From assembly GCA_034439615.1 (NCBI GenBank), contig JAWXAT010000010.1, positions 5,001 to 69,000 of the forward strand: a stretch of DNA of 64,000 nucleotides, given 5' to 3'. This document shows positions 59,366 to 64,000 of this stretch, piece by piece. A model generated the notes under the pieces. It saw only the letters and a program-made list of their open reading frames with translations. It was not told where the DNA came from and ran no database searches. The position numbers were made by a program, and so were the translations under genes. The DNA is from Oligoflexia bacterium. Its GTDB lineage: Bacteria > Bdellovibrionota > Bdellovibrionia > JABDDW01. Position 1 is the stretch's first letter. Every line of letters begins with the position of its first letter.

Positions 59366-60370
59366 ATGATTCAAGTAAAAGGTCTATCTAAGGTATTTCG
59401 TGTTCATCAAAAAGAAGCGGGTCTCAAAGGCTCTATTCGATCACTTTTTAATAGAAAGTGGCTCGATAAGTGGGCACTCAACGATGTATCTTTTGACGTT
59501 AAGGCTGGTGAAATCGTAGGCCTTGTCGGTTCAAATGGCGCAGGTAAAACCACACTCATGAAACTTCTTGCGGGAATTGTTCACCCCACCTCGGGTGAAG
59601 CCCATGTGCTTGGACACATTCCGTGGGAAAGAAACAATGATTTTCGCCGACAAATTGCTTTGATCATGGGGCAAAAAGCGCAGTTATGGTGGGATCTTCC
59701 TGCCGCTGATTGTTTTTTATTATTAAAAGAAATTTATCAGATTCCCGATGATCTTTACCATTCAACTTTAGACGATTTGACAAACGCACTTCAGGTAAAA
59801 AAACAACTCAACATTCAGGTGCGGAGATTAAGCCTGGGTGAGCGCATGAAGATGGAACTTGTTGCAGCACTCTTACATCAACCTAAAATTGTTTTTTTAG
59901 ATGAACCCACTATAGGTCTTGATTTAGCTGCACAAAAAGCAATTCGTGAGTTTTTACTTCACTACAGAAAATTGCACAACCCTGCAATGATCGTTACGTC
60001 TCACTACATGGAGGACATCACACGTCTTTGTGAGCGTATTATTATTATCAGAGAAGGTCAGTTTATTTATGACGGACCCATTGGCAACGTAGCTAAAAAA
60101 TTCACCTCTCATAAATTAATCTCAGCACATCTTGATACAATTTCTACTTCAACTGAACAAACCTCTATCGCGAGTCAGTTAGGCATTGATGTAAGTGATG
60201 TCATTGTTCAAACTTCTGAACTCATTAAAGTTAAAATTTCACGAGATAGAATCGCAGAAGTTTCTGCTCAAATTTTAAAATTACTTCCAGTTGTTGATCT
60301 TACCATTGAAGAACAAGACATTGGAGAGGTGATTTCTTCACTCATGCGCGGAAAGAAGGACTTTCTTTGA
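59366..60370 (+). CDS. ABC transporter ATP-binding protein (COG4586-like)
   Basis: Walker A GSNGAGKTT, signature LSLGERMKMEL and Walker B IVFLDEPT. Confidence 0.85.
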   Translation: MIQVKGLSKVFRVHQKEAGLKGSIRSLFNRKWLDKWALNDVSFDVKAGEIVGLVGSNGAGKTTLMKLLAGIVHPTSGEAHVLGHIPWERNNDFRRQIALIMGQKAQLWWDLPAADCFLLLKEIYQIPDDLYHSTLDDLTNALQVKKQLNIQVRRLSLGERMKMELVAALLHQPKIVFLDEPTIGLDLAAQKAIREFLLHYRKLHNPAMIVTSHYMEDITRLCERIIIIREGQFIYDGPIGNVAKKFTSHKLISAHLDTISTSTEQTSIASQLGIDVSDVIVQTSELIKVKISRDRIAEVSAQILKLLPVVDLTIEEQDIGEVISSLMRGKKDFL

Positions 60371-61176
60371 TTCCTAACTGGGTTAAAGATGTCTACACTC
60401 TTGAGCTTAGAAAAATTTTTTCTTACCGTGTTGATTTTTGGATGGAATTTTTAGGCTCAATCGGAATTCATCTCACAGCCGCATATTTTCTTTGGAAAGC
60501 GATATTTGAAGCAAACTCCGCAAGCACTATCGGAGGATACACGTTTGGCCATATGATGGTTTATTATCTACTTGTTCCATTAATTGAAAAATTAGTTCGC
60601 GGACACGAAAGAGGAAATATTTCAAATGAGATCTATGACGGCAGCCTCACCCGCTATCTTATCTACCCACTGTCTTTTCTTGGGTATAAGTTTGTAACAA
60701 ATATTGCCGTGAGTACGATTGGGGTGCTTCAATTTTTTTTGATCATGATTATATATTTAATATTCTTTGATGTGCCCCCGACAGTTCACTTTAACTTAAC
60801 AAATACTGTCATGGCATTTATCGCCATAGGCTCCGCAAGTATTTTATTTTTTCTCATCACCGCAAGTCTAGAATGTATCGCCTTTTGGGCTGACAGTATT
60901 TGGAGCTTACTTGTCATGTTGCGCTTTTGTATCGGAATGCTCGGGGGCGGAATGATTCCACTCTCACTATTCACGCCACAAGCTCAAGAGATCTTAAGCT
61001 ATCTTCCCTTTATTTATATTGCTTCATTTCCCATTCGCACACTCACAGGTGAAGTTTCGTTTACACAATGGGGACAAGGAATGTTTATATTATTTTTTTG
61101 GATAGCAGTTTTTGCTACGGTTTCTAAAACCGTACTCAAGCGAGGGCTTTACCAGTACTCAGGTGTAGGGATATGA
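60367..61176 (+). CDS. ABC-2-type permease (COG4587-like)
   Basis: Six-TM hydrophobic protein that is translationally coupled to the ATPase gene. Confidence 0.55.
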   Translation: MIPNWVKDVYTLELRKIFSYRVDFWMEFLGSIGIHLTAAYFLWKAIFEANSASTIGGYTFGHMMVYYLLVPLIEKLVRGHERGNISNEIYDGSLTRYLIYPLSFLGYKFVTNIAVSTIGVLQFFLIMIIYLIFFDVPPTVHFNLTNTVMAFIAIGSASILFFLITASLECIAFWADSIWSLLVMLRFCIGMLGGGMIPLSLFTPQAQEILSYLPFIYIASFPIRTLTGEVSFTQWGQGMFILFFWIAVFATVSKTVLKRGLYQYSGVGI

Positions 61177-61967
61177 AGATACTTCGCTACTTGAAACTCT
61201 ATGGTTACTTCGTACGATTTTCTGTGAGTCGTTCTATGGAATTTCGAATTGATTTCTTTTTTCGCATTATCATGGATCTTCTTTATTATGTCGTTAACCT
61301 CGCATTTTTTCACATTCTCTACAAACACACACCAGCACTGGCTGGGTGGCGCGAGCCTGAGATGATGGTGTTTGTATCTGTGTATTTACTTATTGACGCC
61401 ATCAATATGACCTTATTTTCAAACAATATGTGGATATTGCCAAGTCTCGTTAACAAAGGGGATCTTGATTATTATCTAATACGCCCAGTTTCTTCTTTGT
61501 TTTTTTTATCGCTCAGAGAGTTCGCATTTAATTCATTTATTAATTTAATTATCGCCTTAGGAATTGTCGCGTGGGCATTTATGAATTACCCGCACCCCAT
61601 TTCATTTTTTCAGATAATATTTTTCTTTTTTAACGTCTGCGTAGGTACCCTGCTTTATTTTTCAGTACGCCTCATTACATTACTTCCTGTTTTTTGGACT
61701 CATTCTGCTCGAGGATTTGACGCCTTATTTTGGCCAATGACGCGTTTTATGGAAAGACCTGATCGTATTTTTAATGGATGGACACGGGTTTTATTTATTA
61801 CCGTTTTACCATTTAGCTTAATGGCGTCTTATCCAGCGCGATTGTTTTTAGATCAATTTGATCCATTAATTTTTTTACACCTTATTAGTGCCGCTATTAT
61901 CTATTTTTTACTTCTCATCTGGGCATGGAATCGTGCACTCAAAGTTTATAGTTCCGCCTCTTCTTAA
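61173..61967 (+). CDS. ABC-2-type permease (COG3694-like)
   Basis: Six-TM hydrophobic protein overlapping the preceding gene by 4 nt. Confidence 0.55.
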   Translation: MKILRYLKLYGYFVRFSVSRSMEFRIDFFFRIIMDLLYYVVNLAFFHILYKHTPALAGWREPEMMVFVSVYLLIDAINMTLFSNNMWILPSLVNKGDLDYYLIRPVSSLFFLSLREFAFNSFINLIIALGIVAWAFMNYPHPISFFQIIFFFFNVCVGTLLYFSVRLITLLPVFWTHSARGFDALFWPMTRFMERPDRIFNGWTRVLFITVLPFSLMASYPARLFLDQFDPLIFLHLISAAIIYFLLLIWAWNRALKVYSSASS

Positions 61968-62152
61968 CCGCCCCACATTTACTCACTCGAGTTATTTTGC
62001 CCCAACTAAACGCATTATAACTGAGGTGATTTGAGGCCCAAACATTGCAACACCAGACATTAGCGGTTTTTTCATCCCTTAATACCTCGACCTTCCTCGA
62101 GATCATTTCATAAAAAATTAAACAAATTAATAGAATTTCCGAAAAGTAACAC

Positions 62153-62917
62153 ATGAGTAGGCTCTACATTGTGCTCTTAAGCATAGCCGCATTTTCGATC
62201 TCTTTAATTGGGGCGACATTTTCCGTTGTGGGCCTCGCGCAACTTTTTTCTGGTGCCGGCAAGTCAGTAGCTCTTATGGCCGCAGCACTTGAATTTGCCA
62301 AAATAGTTTCTGCAGGTTTTTTATACCGCTACTGGGGCCATGTTAATAATCTCATGCGATATTATCTTTCTATCTCAGTAGTTGCACTAGTGGCAATCAC
62401 GAGTATGGGTATTTTTGGGTATCTCTCTAACGCCTATCAAAAATCTTCACTGGGTTTAAAAACTCAACTTGTGAAAATTGAATCTCTTGAAGGCGAAAAT
62501 TTACGTGTCGTTGCAGAAATCAAAGAGGTGCAACAATTTATTGATTCAATCCCACGAAATAGAATTACCAAAAAATTTGCATTTCAAAAAGAATATGCCC
62601 CCTATATTCGAAAACTCAGAGAAAAATCTGATGGCATTTCAAAAGAAGTTCAAGTTATGAAACTTGAAATTTTAAATACGCAAACAAAAATCGGCCCCAT
62701 TATTTATGTGGCCAAAGAACTTGGCACGGATGTGGATACGGTTGCAAAATATTTGATATTCTTATTTGTAAGCGTATTTGACCCTCTAGCAATTTGCCTT
62801 GTTTTTGCCACAAGCCTTGCCATAAATCTGCGTGAAAAATATCGTGGAAATGAACGCCGGATCGCCGCACATTCATTAAGCAACCCTGTTGACCACCGCC
62901 TTAAGAAAGCCAGCTAA
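62153..62917 (+). CDS. Hypothetical membrane protein with central coiled-coil
   Basis: TM helices flank a coiled-coil segment. No known domain recognised. Confidence 0.35.
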   Translation: MSRLYIVLLSIAAFSISLIGATFSVVGLAQLFSGAGKSVALMAAALEFAKIVSAGFLYRYWGHVNNLMRYYLSISVVALVAITSMGIFGYLSNAYQKSSLGLKTQLVKIESLEGENLRVVAEIKEVQQFIDSIPRNRITKKFAFQKEYAPYIRKLREKSDGISKEVQVMKLEILNTQTKIGPIIYVAKELGTDVDTVAKYLIFLFVSVFDPLAICLVFATSLAINLREKYRGNERRIAAHSLSNPVDHRLKKAS

Positions 62918-62951
62918 TACTTGCAAATTAAAACAAGCCGTAGTAACTCTC

Positions 62952-63926
62952 ATGTCCATGACAAAAGGACCTATTTCACAATTTATTGAGAAAAATTTTT
63001 TGCACTTCAATGCCGCAAGCCTTGTTGACGCCGCCAAAGGCTACAACAAGCATCTTGAAAGTGGCGGCAAGATGTTTGTCACACTTGCGGGTGCGATGAG
63101 TACTGCTGAGCTTGGCATTTCATTAGCCGAAATGATCAGACAAGATAAGGTTCATGGAATTTCATGTACGGGTGCAAATTTAGAAGAAGATATTTTCAAC
63201 CTCGTTGCGCACAATCACTATAAACGAATTCCTGATTACCGATCACTTAGCACTGCACAAGAACAAGAACTATTAGAACAACATTTGAATCGCGTTACAG
63301 ATACTTGTATTCCCGAAGAAGAAGCAATTCGTCGTATTGAGAGAGTCGTTCTTGACGAATGGGCAAGCGCTTCAGATAAAAAAGAGAGCTATTTCCCCCA
63401 TGAGTATTTATATAAAATAATCAGAAGTGAAAAATTAGTTAAGAGCTACCAAATTCCTGAAGAAAACAGCTGGCTCGTTGCCGCTTGCAAAAAGAATTTA
63501 CCCATTTTTGTGCCAGGCTGGGAAGACTCAACATTAGGAAATATTTTCTCAGCTCGTTGTATTCAAAATAAACTCTCCCCCCGAGCAATGAAGAGCGGGA
63601 TTGAATACATGATAAATCTTGCTGATTGGTATGAGAAAATGAGTAAACACTCTGTTGGTTTTTTTCAAATTGGTGGCGGTATTGCTGGGGATTTCCCCAT
63701 TTGCGCAGTTCCCATGATGAGACAAGATCTTGAAAAAGACGTTCCGCTTTGGGGATACTTTTGCCAGATAAGTGATTCTACGACAAGCTATGGCTCTTAC
63801 TCAGGTGCTGTTCCAAATGAAAAAATCACCTGGGAAAAACTCGATGCAACAACTCCCAAATTCATTATCGAATCTGATGCAACGATTGTTGCTCCTCTGA
63901 TTTTTGCTTATGTTTTAGGCAAATAA
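62952..63926 (+). CDS. Deoxyhypusine synthase-like protein
   Basis: …CTGANLEEDIFN… and …GGGIAGDFP… NAD-binding and active-site regions of the DHS family. The start is taken at the internal Met MSMTKGP. Confidence 0.7.
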   Translation: MSMTKGPISQFIEKNFLHFNAASLVDAAKGYNKHLESGGKMFVTLAGAMSTAELGISLAEMIRQDKVHGISCTGANLEEDIFNLVAHNHYKRIPDYRSLSTAQEQELLEQHLNRVTDTCIPEEEAIRRIERVVLDEWASASDKKESYFPHEYLYKIIRSEKLVKSYQIPEENSWLVAACKKNLPIFVPGWEDSTLGNIFSARCIQNKLSPRAMKSGIEYMINLADWYEKMSKHSVGFFQIGGGIAGDFPICAVPMMRQDLEKDVPLWGYFCQISDSTTSYGSYSGAVPNEKITWEKLDATTPKFIIESDATIVAPLIFAYVLGK

Positions 63927-64000
63927 GACTCCAGCTATAGACATTCTTCATGGTTAATATGCGCCCGTCGGTTGCCCCATTGCAGCTGATATGTTATGTT

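Overview
This 64-kb window is low-GC (~38-40%) bacterial chromosome with a Gram-negative envelope, many secreted or outer-membrane hypothetical proteins and a complete Tad/Flp pilus locus; the lineage is not resolved. Housekeeping genes (sucD 3' end, ndk, rlmD, rodZ, nadE, groES/groEL, uppP, tRNA-Arg) are interspersed with accessory modules. (1) 17.7-21.6 kb is a compact bacterial microcompartment operon on the minus strand: three BMC-P vertex proteins, one BMC-H, two tandem-domain BMC proteins and a single enzyme, a CoA-acylating aldehyde dehydrogenase with an N-terminal encapsulation-peptide-like helix. No signature enzyme, PduL or alcohol dehydrogenase is present, which matches the 'metabolosome with incomplete core' pattern. 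(2) 27.0-36.5 kb is a Tad/Flp pilus operon: flp, several pilin-like genes, cpaA, cpaB, the cpaC secretin, an in-frame TadZ(ParA-like)::CpaF ATPase fusion, a single TadB/C-type platform gene and a 543-aa secreted YD-repeat protein; a stand-alone CheY-like receiver lies nearby. (3) There are two type II toxin-antitoxin pairs (brnTA at 0.5-1.0 kb, vapBC at 52.4-53.0 kb), and a ~75-bp palindromic repeat sits just 3' of each operon. (4) A ~1.9-kb group II intron on the minus strand (53.79-55.69 kb; domain V recognisable; RT/maturase ORF without an endonuclease domain) lies in a tRNA-Arg-proximal segment of orphan ORFs, one of them frameshifted. (5) Two copies of a perfect 25-26-bp inverted-repeat element fill convergent or 3' intergenic gaps and differ by a compensatory base change. 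Other features: an MBOAT/SGNH O-acyltransferase pair, an HDOD protein coupled to a pilin-like Gly-rich protein, tandem PilZ proteins, a KimA-like APC permease, a homogentisate dioxygenase-like cupin, a COG4586-type ABC transporter trio and a deoxyhypusine synthase-like gene. No CRISPR array or rRNA was seen.
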